A stretch of 64,000 nucleotides of DNA, from contig NC_058383.1 in assembly GCF_018350175.1 (NCBI RefSeq), positions 20,152,001-20,216,000 on the forward strand, given 5' to 3'. The translations under genes were made by a program, and so were the position numbers. This document shows positions 10,806-23,160 of the stretch, one piece after another. The stretch's first letter is position 1. Each line of letters begins with the position of its first letter. The notes beneath the pieces were generated by a model. The model was given only the letters and a program-made list of their open reading frames with translations. It was not told the origin of the DNA and ran no database searches. This stretch comes from Felis catus (taxonomy: Eukaryota).

Positions 10806-13021
10806 AATTACTATAGCTTTGTAGTATAGCTTCAAGCCAGGAAATGTGATGTCTCCTGCTTTGACCTTCTTTCTCAAGATTGCTTCGGCTATCCAGGGTC
10901 TTTTGTGATTCCATACAAACTTTAGGATTGTTTGTTCCGTGTCTATTTTAAATGTTACTGGTATTTCCACAGGGACGGCACTGACCCTGTAGATTGCTTG
11001 AGTGGTGTGGACATTTTAGCAACATTAATTTCATCCGTATCTTTCCATTCGTTTGTGTTGTTTTCAGTTTCTTTCATCGAGTTCTTGTAGCTTCCATTGT
11101 GCAGCTGTGTCACTATCTTGGTTAAATTTATTCCAGAATACTTTGGCTTTGTTTCTGTTCCTGACACTACTACGAATGGGATAATTTTACTTCTTTTCCA
11201 AGTGTTTCATTGTGAGTGTATAGAAACACCACCAATTTCTGTATGCTGATTCGATATCCTGTAACTTGACTACATCCATGGATGAGTTCCAACAGGGTTT
11301 GGTGGAGTCTTTAGGATTTTCTACATAGAAGATCATAGCCTCTGCCGAGAATGCCCATTTACTTTTTCTTTGCTTTTATATCTTTGCCTGGCCTGATTGC
11401 TCTAGCCAGATTTCCAGTACAATGTTGAACAGGAGTGGTGAGAGTACTCACCCTTGTCACGTTCGGATCTTAGAGTTAAAGCTTCCCATTTTTCACCGAG
11501 TTTAATGTTCGCTGTGCCTTTGTTGTATATGGTCTTTATTATGTCGAGTTGTGTTCCTTCTATACCCAGTTTGCTGCGGATTGGAATCATGAAAGGATGT
11601 TGTGTTTTGTCAAATGTTTCTTCTGCGTCTGTTGAGATGATCACATGAAAATCTCCAGTGTTTTTGACAGTGTCCTTAGGCATGGAGTTCTCTACTCTCT
11701 ATTTAAGTCAAGTTAGTTCTGTCGGGCAAAATAATGGATCTCTTTGTCCTTAATGCCTGCATTTCCCCCCCAGGGAGAACCCATGTGCCAGTGCAGTGGA
11801 GCTGGGGTGAAAAACTGCTTACCCGAAGAGGAGTGACACCCCCCCCACCCCCGTCAGTGGGAGCTAGAGGTGGGTGGCGGTAACTATTCTTCTTGGTTTG
11901 TACCTCCTGGTGTGGGACCTCTGCCCATGAACTAGTTAGAACAGGAGACATTAGAGCCCAGTATTCTCTGCTTGCTGTGCCTTGGGTCGAGCTTCCTCCA
12001 AGTGAAGGGGGGGTGGGATAGGGGCTCAGAGACTCCGTGCTGTCAGCTACACCTGCCTGGAATAAAGCTTTTCCATCACGGGGCTCGGGAGATGACAGAT
12101 GCCCGCAACCTTCCCTAAACTGTCAGTTGGAGGAGAGGAAGCCCCTGTCTTCTTGGTTTACCTACCTGGGGTACCACTCTGTACCGTAGGCATTGGCAGG
12201 TCATGGAGTAGTTCATGGTTTCAATGCCACAGACTCTGACCATTCTTATGGAGATGTAGTGGACGGCCTTGAATGAATGCTTCTTCCTTCGTCGCATGCC
12301 CTTAGGATAATTTCCGGGACCAGAAAGACTTTAAGACAACATTTTTCACCCATTCAATTGTTTCACTGTGAAGAGGGTCTACGGAACTCTTTACCCCATC
12401 TGGAAGTCCCACCGTTTGCTTCCGATTTAAAGGTGACTTAAGAGCCCCTGACCTGACTCGTGGCAGGGGACTGATGTCTCTATGTGGCAGCCAAGGATCT
12501 GACTATGTAGACAGAGAAGGCAGAAGCCTCATGACTCTCCCAGTCCTCGTGATTATTTCGGAGGCAGGCGTTGTGGAGTGAGGCAACCCTGCATTTGAAA
12601 TTGAGCCTAATGTCTTGGTGTTGTCACTTACCCATCTCCTTCCCTGTGAGATTGGAATGACAGTCTCCAGTGGCCGGAGCTCTGGGGATAATTGGATGAG
12701 ATAATACGGGGAGATACTCAGCTGAGTGTCTGGCAATGAGAAAGTGTCTTGATAGGTGATGGAAGTTTTACAACCCTCTGCCCAGAAGTCAAACCTCCGC
12801 AGACATTCCCAGGCTTCTCTCTCCCTAGTCTGTGAAGGGAATGTTCTCCACCCTGCCTGTTCTCTCCCCCTGCACACTCAGCCTGCCCAGAGCTGCCTGT
12901 TTTTTGTCCCCTTGAGAGAGTTTCTCTCCATCTCTGGCTCTGGAACACCCAGCTCTAATGGATGGTCTCTGGCTCCCATGGCCTGGCCAGGTCAGGTCAA
13001 GGATGTCTCTCCCTTCCCAGC

Positions 13022-14685
13022 TGCTATGGACCGAAACGTTTGTATCTCTCCAAACTTCACATGTTGAATCCTCATCTTCAATGTGATCATATCTGGAGGT
13101 GGGGCCTTTGGGAGTGATTGGATCACAAAGGTAGAACCCTCATGAATGGCATCAGCGCCCTTACAAAAGAGCCCCCAGAGAGCTCCCTCGCTCTTTCTGT
13201 GAGGACACAGGGAGAATCTCCATCTGTGATCCAGGCAGCGGGCTCTCACCGGATGTAGAATCTGCCAATGCCTTTGCCTTGATTTTGGACTTCTCGCCTT
13301 CCAGAACTGTGAGATAAATGTGTGTGGTTTCAGCCACCCAATTTATAATATTTTTGTTGTAGCAACCTGAAGAGACTAAGGCAAAACTAGGTGCCAGGTG
13401 GAGGCTGCTGTTGTAAGAAATCTCTAAAAATATGGCAGTGGCGTTGGAACGGGGCAGTGGGAAGAGCCTGGAAGAATCTGGAGGCACAAGCCAGAAAAAG
13501 TCTATACTGCTAAGAAGGGACCATTAAGGGCAATTCTGCTGGGAACTCAGAAAGGAGGGAGAGAAAGCCTGTCTTCTTAGAGAATACCGAAGTGATCCTG
13601 AAAAGCAACGTTGGTAGAAATACAGAGGTTACGGCCCTTTGGATGAGATCTCCCGTGGAAATAGGGAACATGCTCCTGGAAACCGGAGGAGAGGTGAACC
13701 TTAGTAGAAAGTGGCAAAGAACATAGTTGAATTGTGCTAGTGTTTTTTGGAAGGTAGAACTTTTGAATGATGAAAGGGGATCTTTAGCTGAAGACCTTTC
13801 CAAGCAACGCATTGAAAATGTGGATTGGTTCGGCCTGAGAAAGAGAAATGACTCAAGGAGAAATTTTTAAGCAAAAAAGGAAGCAGTACTTGAAGATCTG
13901 GAACATTCTCAGGCTGCCCATATTGCAAAAAACGAGAAAGCGGGGGTAGGGGGGCAATGGAGCTCTAAGGGGGTGGCTAAGGACTGTTCGATGGGGAGAT
14001 TAAGGTGAATCAGCATCTCAGCAGAAGCCAAGATCTGTTCTCCAAGACCCTGGAAAAGCGATCTTGAAAACAACTCAGAGACCATCAGGAATGCCACAGG
14101 ACGAGGGCTGAGTGGGGGTACAGAGCAGAGGCTCTGTCCCAGGAGGGGCTGGGGCTCTGCAAGACTGCCTGGTGCCATCTCACATTGCGGCCTCTCTGTT
14201 CTGTGTGCCCGGGGAACCATGATTCATGGCCTCCCACTTGTGGCTCTGGTCACCCCTCCAGAGGGTTCAGGCAGCAAACACGGGCAGAGTCTGTGAAGGG
14301 CCATGTTTGCCCGTGGAGTGCATGGACCTGGGGACAAGGCTGCCTCCACCAAGGCTTCAAAGACGAGTCGCCTGGAGCCACAGGGAAGTGATCCCAGGGG
14401 AGAGTCACCGTGGGGGTGGGGCCACCACAGAGAGCCATCTCAAGGGGTGGTGCCCAGGCAGACTGCCTGGTGGCAACGGCCACCACGGTGGTGACGTTGC
14501 CAGCCTAGTGGGTCTGAAGCCGGAGCAGCATGACGCTGGGGCCAAAGAGGATTATTCCTAAGCCTCGAGGTCTAATGGAATTGGTTCCGATGGGTTTGGG
14601 ACTAACCATGGACCTGCCACTCATTCTTTTCTTTTCTTCTCTTTTCTTTTTTCTTTTCTTTTCTTTCTTTTTTTTCTCTTTTCTT

Positions 14686-14726
<41 letters not shown>

Positions 14727-15661
14727 CTTTTTTTTCTTTTCTTTTCTTTTCTTTTCTTTTCTTTCTTTTTTTCTTTTCTTTCTTTTCTTTTTTTTTTTTT
14801 TTTTTTCTTTTCTTTCTTTTCTTTTCTTTTCTTTTCTTTTCTTTTCTTTTTCTTTTCTTTTCTTTTCTTTTCTTTTCTCTTTTCTTTTCTTTTCTTTTCT
14901 CTTTTCTCTTTTCTTTCTTTTCTTTTCTTTCTCTTTTCTCTTTTCTTTTCTTCTCTTTTCTTTCTTTTCTTTTCTTTTTCTTTTCTTTTTCTCTTTTCTT
15001 TTCTTTTCTTTTCTTTTCTTTTCTTTTCTTTCTTTTTTCTTTTGGAATGGAAATGCCTATCCTATGCCTGTCCCACCGTAGTATCTGGGAGGCATATAAG
15101 TTGTTTGGTTCACAGGTTCACGGCTACAGAGGAACTTGCCTCTGAATGGGTCATACTTGGAGTCTCACCCCGTCTCTGATTTACATGATATTTAAGTCGA
15201 GACTTTGGACTTAGACCTCACAGCTGATGCTGGAATGAGTTAAGATCTGGGGGCTGTTCAGGAGGAATGAATGTATTTTGCATGTGAGCAGAACCTGAAT
15301 TGGGGGCGTGGGAGCGGAAGGCTATAGGCTGAACGTTTGTGTCCCTCCAAAATTGATACATTGAACCTACTCCCCAGAGTAATGTTATCAGGAGGTGGGG
15401 CCTTTGGGAGGAGAAGGGCGAGCTCTCATGCGCAGGACTAATGCCCTTCCAAGAGGGACCCCAAAGAGCTCCCTCCCCCCTTCTACCACATGAGGGCATA
15501 ACAAGGAGACAGCCACCAGTGGAAAAGGAAGCAGACACTGGATTTGCGAGCGCTTTGATCTTGGACGTCCCAGCCTCCAGAACTGTGAGGAATAAATCTT
15601 TGTTCTTTAAGCCCCCCAGTCTACAGTATCTTTGTAACAGCAGCCAGAACGGATGAAGAGG
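13022..15661 (+). mobile_element. full-structure MaLR provirus (MLT1A-like LTR - internal - LTR)
   Basis: 5' LTR 13022-13383 and 3' LTR about 15320-15661 are mutually homologous; MLT1-int-like sequence lies between; purine-rich tract before the 3' LTR; 5-bp TSD CCAGC at 13017-13021 and 15662-15666. Confidence 0.88.
14624..15043. repeat. 420-bp pure pyrimidine tract, (TTTTC)n / poly(T)
   Basis: No purine seen between 14624 and 15043; includes a T run of about 39. Confidence 0.97.
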
Positions 15662-15900
15662 CCAGCCTTCTGGGGCACACACGTTCTTTCAGCTTCTCAT
15701 TCAGGAGACCAGTCACAAGACTGGGGATCAGAACTCTGCTTCTCTACCCCTCTGGGTGGCATCGTCTCTATCTTTACTAGTACCCCCCTCGCGGGACTGT
15801 GGTGGGGGTACAGTCCCCTGGTCAAAACTGGGTAAACACCCATTTCCCGTTTCCAGCCATGAAGCAAAGACCGGGTCTTTTCTTTAAGTGGAGCTAACAT

Positions 15901-16128
15901 ACAAAACAGAGGAACGTAAGGGAAGGGAAGCAAAAATCGTATAAAAACAGGGAGGGGGACAAAACCGAAGAGACTCTTAAATATGGAGAACAAACAGAGG
16001 GTGGCTGGAGGGGTGGGGAGGGGAGGATGGGCTAAATGGGGAAGGGGCACCAAGGAATCTCCTACTGAAATCCTTGTTGCACCATAGGCTAACTAACTGG
16101 GAAGTAAATTAAAAAAAAATAAATTCAC
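15901..16128 (+). mobile_element. 5'-truncated carnivore/feline L1 3' UTR
   Basis: GAGACTCTTAAATATGGAGAACAAACAGAGGG...GCTAACTAACT...A tail; decayed TSD TAAGTGGAGCTAACAT / TAAACGGAGCCAGCAT. Confidence 0.85.
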
Positions 16129-16149
16129 TAAACGGAGCCAGCATCGTAG

Positions 16150-16390
16150 AGTAACATCAGCTACTACTTATTTATATGCCAGGCACGGTTTTCTAAGTTC
16201 TGTCACATGAATTAACTCATCCACCTTAACAACGACCCTAAAAAAGTAGATACGACAGTCAAGCTCAGTTTAAAGACGAGGAAACCGAGGCATGGAGAGG
16301 CCAGGGGCTTGCCAAATGTCACACGACAGAGAAACGGCGGAGCTGGGGTCGAAATCTATCCTGCGCACGCAACGGCCCAGCTCCAGGTTG
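16150..16390 (-). mobile_element. MIR SINE relic
   Basis: TATGCCAGGCACGG...ATTAACTCAT...GACGAGGAAACCGAGGCA...CTTGCCAAATGTCACAC. Confidence 0.75.
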
Positions 16391-17841
16391 GGGCAGGCGG
16401 GCTGGTTCCCTCCCCACAGAGTTATTCTCCTTCTTCGGCTTCAGCAGAACCCCTGTTTTGTTCGGATGCCCACCTCTCCAGATCAGGACTTGGGACTTAG
16501 ATAAGAAATCTAAGGTATGATTGGTTTGGGAACGGGCACGTGACACAATTCTGGCCAATGAGATGTGAAAGAAGGCATACAGGGGGAGGGTTCTTGTCAG
16601 ATAGAAAGAGGCACGTGGATTAAGGTGTGAGGCTTGGAACCGTGGCAGCCATCTTGTGCCCTGAGGGAGCTGATCTGCAGAAAGCCTTATTTGAGACTGG
16701 GAAATCAGATCATGGAGGAAGAACTTGGTTTTGTTGCCTCCCTTTATGGGAGATAGCTAGTCGTCCTTGATTGGGGATTTTGCGTTGTTCGCGGCTAAGG
16801 GCGTTCTTAGGGATCCACTTCTTACCAGGTGGAACAAAAGCAGACTTCCCTGTGGGGAAGAAGAGAAGGATGCCTACCCTGGGCCTGTGGAGAGATGGGG
16901 ATGAGGTTGCCAAGCTGGGTTGTGATAGGAGATCCGATTCTATTCTGAGAGCAGTGGGAGATCTCTGGAGGGTTTCTCTCTCGGGATGGAGGTGCTGTGT
17001 GGAGAATCGCTTGGGACTGGGGAGGCGCTGGAGGGAGGGAGGAGTACAGCGGGGTGTCACAGGTGTTTGGATGAGAGAGGAGGAGGGAGGAGGCAGGGCA
17101 GGAGATGAGAGATGGAGCGGGGGTGCACTTCGGGGCCACGGCCATCACCACCCGCTGACGAGTCCATCCGGTGCAGGGGTGCAGAGTGAGAGAAGGAGGG
17201 GAAGGAAGGCAAAGACAGAGTGTCATCTATGAGCAAGAGCGGTGAACTTGTGCTTGGGGTAGCCCGGGTCAGAGCTGCCCCTGCTGCTTGCTGTGCGTGA
17301 ATTTATGTGAGAGCCCGGAGTCCGAACCAGACCCACACTTCCCGTTTCCGTGGCTATTTTATTCGCCACCTAACACAACACTTCCTGCATGGCAGAGACA
17401 AAAAATAAATGTTTGCTGAATGAATAAATACCCGCAAATAGACGCTGCGGTCCGAGCATCGCAGAGCCTGGCGTAGCTTGGGGTGCAACAGGTTCTCGGT
17501 CAGGCTTCGTGGAATGAATGGGCGAGCGTCCTCACGCCCGCCTCGGTCTGACGTGCTCCCTCCCTCCCAAGGAGCGGGAAGGCAGCAGAAATGCACCGAG
17601 CTCCCTGCTTATGCTCAAGACTCCTGTGTTATGACATCAACCTGTCACTCACAAAGACAGGAAATCTATCGGGTCGTAAATTTGACTGGAAACTAATACG
17701 CTGGCAATGATAAGCATTAATTAAACATTTAATTCACCATCGCTTTGCCTGTCGTAATGTTAGAAGGGCACCAGGATCTTAAAAAAAATAATCCAGGGAG
17801 GTTTGAGTTCACACACTACTTTTCTCTACATACTATTTTCT

Positions 17842-18072
17842 TTTTTTTTTTTTTTAATTTTTTTTTCAACGTTTTTATTTATTTTTGGGACAGAGAGAGA
17901 CAGAGCATGAACGGGGGAGGGGCAGAGAGAGAGGGAGACACAGAATCGGAAATAGGCTCCAGGCTCAGAGCCATCAGCCCAGAGCCTGACACGGGGCTCG
18001 AACTCACGGACCGCGAGATCGTGACCTGGCTGAAGTCGGACGCTTAACCGACTGCGCCACCCAGGCGCCCCA
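17842..18072 (-). mobile_element. young SINEC_Fc
   Basis: CpG-rich near-consensus body, long T tail, perfect TSD CTACATACTATTTTCT (17826-17841 / 18073-18088). Confidence 0.97.
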
Positions 18073-18139
18073 CTACATACTATTTTCTAGTGGAGGCAGA
18101 GAGTATTTGGGGGTAGTGTGTATATATATATATATATAT

Positions 18140-18560
18140 AATATTGACTAATTCCAAACACTATTCCAGTTCTAGGGAAACAGTAGTAAACACAGTGGGC
18201 CAAGGCCCTGCCTCACAGAACCACATCTTCATCAGGAAGCCCAACATTAAGTAAACGAGTCGGGAATATCCTTTAAAGTAGCGATAATGTCTATGGAGAA
18301 AATGGGACACGATGTGAGGACAGAGAGAGCTGGGGGTGGAGAGCCCTTGTAAACGAAGCGGTCGAGGAGGGTGTCTCTGGTATATATGCATTTCGAGGGA
18401 AGTGTTCCGGGAGAAAGGGACAGCATGTGTAAAGGCCCTGTGGAGGAGAAGGAGCCTGGCGAGTTTGCGGGACAGAAGGCCGGTGGCAGGAGTGGCCGTG
18501 CCCGTGAGCTGTCTCAGTGCCGTAGGAGGTGGAAAGAGGGCTCAGGTCTGGGTGCCGGTC
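18140..18560 (-). mobile_element. L2 LINE relic
   Basis: CAGTAGTAAACA...GCCCTGCCTCACAGAAC and GGGAACAGCATGTGTAAAGGCCCTGTGG resemble the L2 3' region in reverse. Confidence 0.6.
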
Positions 18561-19669
18561 TGGGCTCCCCTCGGGCACTTCTTTACCTGTCTATTCAACA
18601 TGGCAGGTGGCTCTTCGGTGCAGGTGCTGTGAGCAGCAGTGTCTTGACGATAAAGACCAAAGCCTGGAGAAGCTCCCAGTGGGGAAGACAGACAAGTCAG
18701 TGGTTCCCCACGTTATAATGTGGTGACATGGTGGGGGGCACCACGTCGTTCACCACAAGGAGGGTTGTACGGAGCACCTACACTTCCAGACCCCTCAGAG
18801 TCTGGCTTGGCCGCGTGGCTTGCTCGGACAAGTTCTGCCTTACGAGCTTGTCCGTGCCAAGCCCCCTGCCACAGTGACCCTTGTTACCCTCTTCCATGAG
18901 GACTGGAAATATTCTGGATAGAGGCTGCCCATTCCCTCTGGGCCCCGGAGAGAGAGTGGTGACCCTGGATGGTTAAGTAGTGTGAGAGAGGAATACGACA
19001 TTGCGGGGGTCTCGGGCCTGTTTGTTACTGCAGCATAGCCCAGCCTGTCCTGACTGATGTAGCCGGGATAGGGATAGGCACCAACGTGGAACACGTGACC
19101 CAGCCTGAGGCAGTCAGGAAAAGCTTCCCAAAGAGAGGCCATCTTTGCAGAGGCTGGAAGGACAAGCAAAGGGAAGGGAAGAGGTGTTGCTGAAAGACTG
19201 CGGGGGCGGGGGAGAGACCTCCCTCAGGTGGGGATTCTAGAGGGAGCCACAGGTGAAGCTCGAGAAAATGTAATTAAGTGCACAGATTCTGAGGTCAGAC
19301 ACGCATGGGTTTGATTCTGGGCTGTGCCACGCTCTGTGTCTGTGACCTTGGGCAGAAGCTTCTGACATTTTCTGAGTATCGGATTCCTGATCATGCAAAA
19401 AAGGGCAAGACAGCACCTACCCTGCCCGTGCCTGATACCTTTTTACGTGTGCTCGTTCAAAGTGGTGATAATTCCATTATTCGAAGTAGCAATGATTATC
19501 TTATTAGAAATCATGGCAGACGTACCAGGCCACTGGGTCCGGTTTTGCCATGGCCTCCACCAAAACACCAAAACCATAGCGAGCAGCTAACACATACTTA
19601 GCATGCGTGGGCTCTGTGGGCTTGGCATGCATTACAAGCCTTAGAGCATTAGTGTTATCGTTATACCCA

Positions 19670-19894
19670 TTTTTTTTAATTAAAAAAACTGTTTTTCAAC
19701 GTTAGTTTGTTTTTGAGAGACAGAGACGGAGTGTGAACAGCAAGGGGCAGAGAGAGGGAGACCCGAATCCGAAGCAGGCTCCAGGCTCCGAGCCGTCAGC
19801 ACAGAGCCCGACGCGGGGCTCGAACTCATGAACCGCGAGATCGTGACCTGAGCCGAAGTCGGACGCTTAACGGACGGAGCCCCCCAGGCGCCCT
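19670..19894 (-). mobile_element. Can-SINE inserted in a MIR
   Basis: Complete reverse SINE; MIR-like sequence on both sides (about 19580-20030). Confidence 0.93.
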
Positions 19895-22392
19895 CGGACC
19901 CAGGTTTTTAGAGGGAATGGAAGCCCATGGCATAAGTGACTTTCCCAACCAACGGCCGCAAAGTGGCGGAACCAGAATTCAGACCCGGGTCCCAGTCCAG
20001 CGTCCACACTTGTAACCACGATGCCGTCTCCCGCTTCTGCGCTTACGCACCCGACAGGTTCACGCCCAGTGGCCGAGAGGAGACTCTCAGTCCAAGAGGC
20101 ATGGCTGGCTGGGAGTCTTGATCTGGTGCAAATGAACAGAGGGAGGGACTTGGGCACAGGCCCTGCCATGACCTAGAAGGTGGGATGGAACAGGAAGGGT
20201 TGGGCCCCAAAAGGAAGGTGGCCAGTGGGGCACCAGCTTTCTTGCAGCCAACACTTACTGACTCCGGTTCCAGGGTAGGATCAGTTTGTGCGAAGGTGCA
20301 TCCGGTCTCGTCTGAGACCCTGGAGCTGCCGTTCACTGGGCCTCAGTTCCTCTACTGCTATACTGTCACCTGATGAGCTATCTGCAGGTGTTCTTGAGGA
20401 CAGGGCAGTGGTCCCAGGAGCCCACAGGACCTTCCTAGCCTGATGTCAAGCAGAAACACAGTGGCCATAAAGAAGTGACCCTCATGAAGGAAGGGGATGC
20501 AGAAGGGCCGTCCACAGAGAGAAGGCGTTAATCCGGAAGAGCATGGGGGTGCTCCTCCGGCATCCAGCTAGGAGAAGAAGGCAGGATGGAAGATTCTGGG
20601 GCATCAAGCAGGGCTCCCTCCCTCCGGGCTTTATCCCAGGGCAGTGAGAAGCCGACACAAGACTTCCAAGCAGCTGCAGGATCAGACTCACTGTGGCTGC
20701 CATTAGGGTTGCCGGGGAGCAAGGCTGGGGGCAGGGGGACCATGCAGGGATCTGAGGCCACCGTCCCGGCCAGAGTAAGACCAGGTGTGAGACAAGGAGA
20801 GCGGTGGGTGGATTTGCTCTCCCTGAACCTGTGACCCCGGCTTAGGGCTCCGGTGACATTTGATGACTGTCCTCTTCCCTCGCCTAAAGGGCTGCCTGAC
20901 CTATGCTTATCTCTCCAAGTGGCCGTTCTGCAAGTCGCAGCAACCTGAGATTGGCACACTGCCCACGTCCGCCACGTTCTGGGCCACGGGCTGCCCAGCT
21001 CCGGAGCTGCTAAGTGTCCTTCTTATGTTCTGTTTCCTGAGGTTTCTGTTTGTTTAGCGACAGGGCCCTTCTTGGTTTCGGTTCACAAGGCCGTCCCTCC
21101 AGCTCCCTCCTGGTCACAGGCGAGCGGCCTGGTGACGTGGCCTCAGGTGGGCAGAAGGTTCTGGACTCCGGGGCGTCTAAGCTGAAAAATCACGGGTTAA
21201 CTTTCGTTTCCAATTAGCTCTGCATTTTCTCTAAAGACATAATCCTTTATTAAGTTAATGAGGCATAATAATTATTAATTGCTAATTATTCATAGTCGCT
21301 TAGTCTATTTAAAGGAAATGATACCATTTAGAGCAAGATTTAAAGATATGCAAATATCAAACGGCTTCCTTCATATACTCAGCTGCTCTGTGGTGCTGTG
21401 GCAAACACATTGACTCTTTTTGTCGGGAAGGTGTTCATTTGGCTCTAAATTCCCTGACTTGGAAATTCAACCTACCACCTGGGCGTCCTTGGCCAACCTT
21501 CTTAACTTCTCCGAGTATCAGCTTCCCCTTCTCTGAGTGGCAAGTGGGGATCGGATTACCAGCCCGCTGCCCTACTGAGGCTGCCCACGAGATGATGGCG
21601 GAAAAATGCCGCGCACAGGCCTTGGAACGTGTTGAGGAAGTGAAGAAATGCAAGCTATCCACGACAAGTTGCTTCTTCCTCTAACCCGGGACGTATGCCC
21701 TAATTCTAAATCAAAGAAATAAGTATGTACGTATATAAATAGAATTACGTATTTCTGGGTCTATATCTACAGTTATCTACAGGACAACTCAAGGTCACAA
21801 AAACACTCACGGGCACCTCTCATGTCTTACTGTCACATTCAGACTTCTCTGTCCAACTGCCTGTCTTGGAATATGGGAGGCTATGACCTTCTCCAGTCTT
21901 CCTGGACTCTTGTTTGACAAAGACTGGAGTCCAGTCTTGTTTGGCGAAGGTGACAGAGTGGGATCCTTATTCTCTCCTGTTGGTTCCAGGGCTAGAGGTT
22001 AGCCAGACTGTGGGGCCCAGCGAGCGAGGGTGACCACTGGGCCTCCAAGGCACCACAAGTGTCCCTCCCTGGGAGCCTTTCCCGGGCACGCCCCCCACAT
22101 CGACCCCTGGCTCCTTCTTATGCTCCGGTCACCTGGGGGGGGGGTGTCTTTGGGATTCATTCATTCACATTGTGAACTTCGCTCCCTAGACCCAGTGGCT
22201 TATGGAAGAGATCCCTCTTCTTTTTGGGAAATTTAGTTAAGAAGTTACGTATACTGGGGGGCCAGGGGAGGAACCCTCTGTCGCCTTACCCAGAGTCACT
22301 TCCACGGAGGTGAAAATGATGAGAGGCTAATGCGACTCTTCCCCACTTTCACTTTCCCAAGGAGACAGGAAGGCCTAGCTGATTTTGGTACG

Positions 22393-22906
22393 TGACAATT
22401 CTGGGCAGGGATGGGGGCAGAGTAGTGACCATGTCAAGTGCCCGGACGCCGTGAATACGTCAGGTTACATGGTAAGGGGGAATTTAAGGTGCGGACGGAG
22501 CTAAGGTTGTTCATCAAATGACCTTAAAGCGATGATCCTGACCTCTCCAGGTGGACCCAAAGTACTCGCCAGGGTCCTTAAACGGGGACGAGGGAGGCAG
22601 AGAAGGGGCCACCAGAGAGGCGGCGTCATGAGACTCACCTGCCATTGGCCCATTTTGAAGATGGAGGAAGAGGAACGTGAACCAAGGAAGACAGAAGTCT
22701 CTAGAAGCTGGAAAAGGCAAAGAAACAGATTCTCCCTCTGAAACTGTAGGAGAAATGAGGCCCTGTCGGAGTTTTTGTTTTAGCCCAGTGACAACCATTC
22801 CAGATTTCAGACCCCCAAAACTGTAAGATTTTAAAAAAAATGTGTGTTGTTTTAAGCCACTAAATTCATGGTAATTTGTGGCAGGAGCAATCAGAAATTA
22901 ATACAG
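22393..22906 (+). mobile_element. MLT1D-like solo LTR
   Basis: GTGAATACGTCAGGTTACATGGTAAGGGGGAATT...TCTAGAAGCTGGAAAAGGCAAAGAAACAGATTCTCCC...TTTAAGCCACTAAATT...AATTAATACA. Confidence 0.8.
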
Positions 22907-22942
22907 CAGAGTAACTGCACATTTAAGAACCATGCACCATCA

Positions 22943-23160
22943 GGGGCGCCTGGGTGGCTCGGTCGGTTAAGCGTCCGACTTCGGCTCAGGTCGTGATCTC
23001 ACGGTTCGTGAGCTCGAGCCCCGCATCGGGCTCTGTGCTGACAGCTTGGAGCCTGGAGCCTGCTTCAGGTTCTGTGTCTCCTTCTGTCTCCGCCCCTCCC
23101 CTGCTCATGCTCTGTCTTTCTCTGTCTCTCAAAAATAAACATGAAAAAAAAATTTTTTTA
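22943..23160 (+). mobile_element. Can-SINE
   Basis: Canonical head, body and tail; AACCATGCA on both flanks. Confidence 0.95.

Larger units (their letters stand above)
8640..11650 (-). mobile_element. degenerate LINE-1 (ORF2 3' half and 3' UTR fragments), interrupted by SINEs
   Basis: Minus-strand ORFs give L1 ORF2-like peptides ([21 protein letters not shown]...[43 protein letters not shown]) with frameshifts; probably more than one insertion. Confidence 0.9.

Noticed and set aside
8640..11683. Reverse-transcriptase-related peptides as a functional gene
   Set aside because: Fragmented, frameshifted L1 ORF2 interrupted by SINEs; not intact.
14530..15081. 183-aa Phe/Ser/Leu-rich ORF resembling a membrane protein
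   Set aside because: It is simply the translation of the (TTTTC)n tract, which cannot contain stop codons.
21920..21938. Short palindrome AAGACTGGA-G-TCCAGTCTT
   Set aside because: 9-bp arms associated with a local micro-duplication; too short to support an ncRNA or other function.
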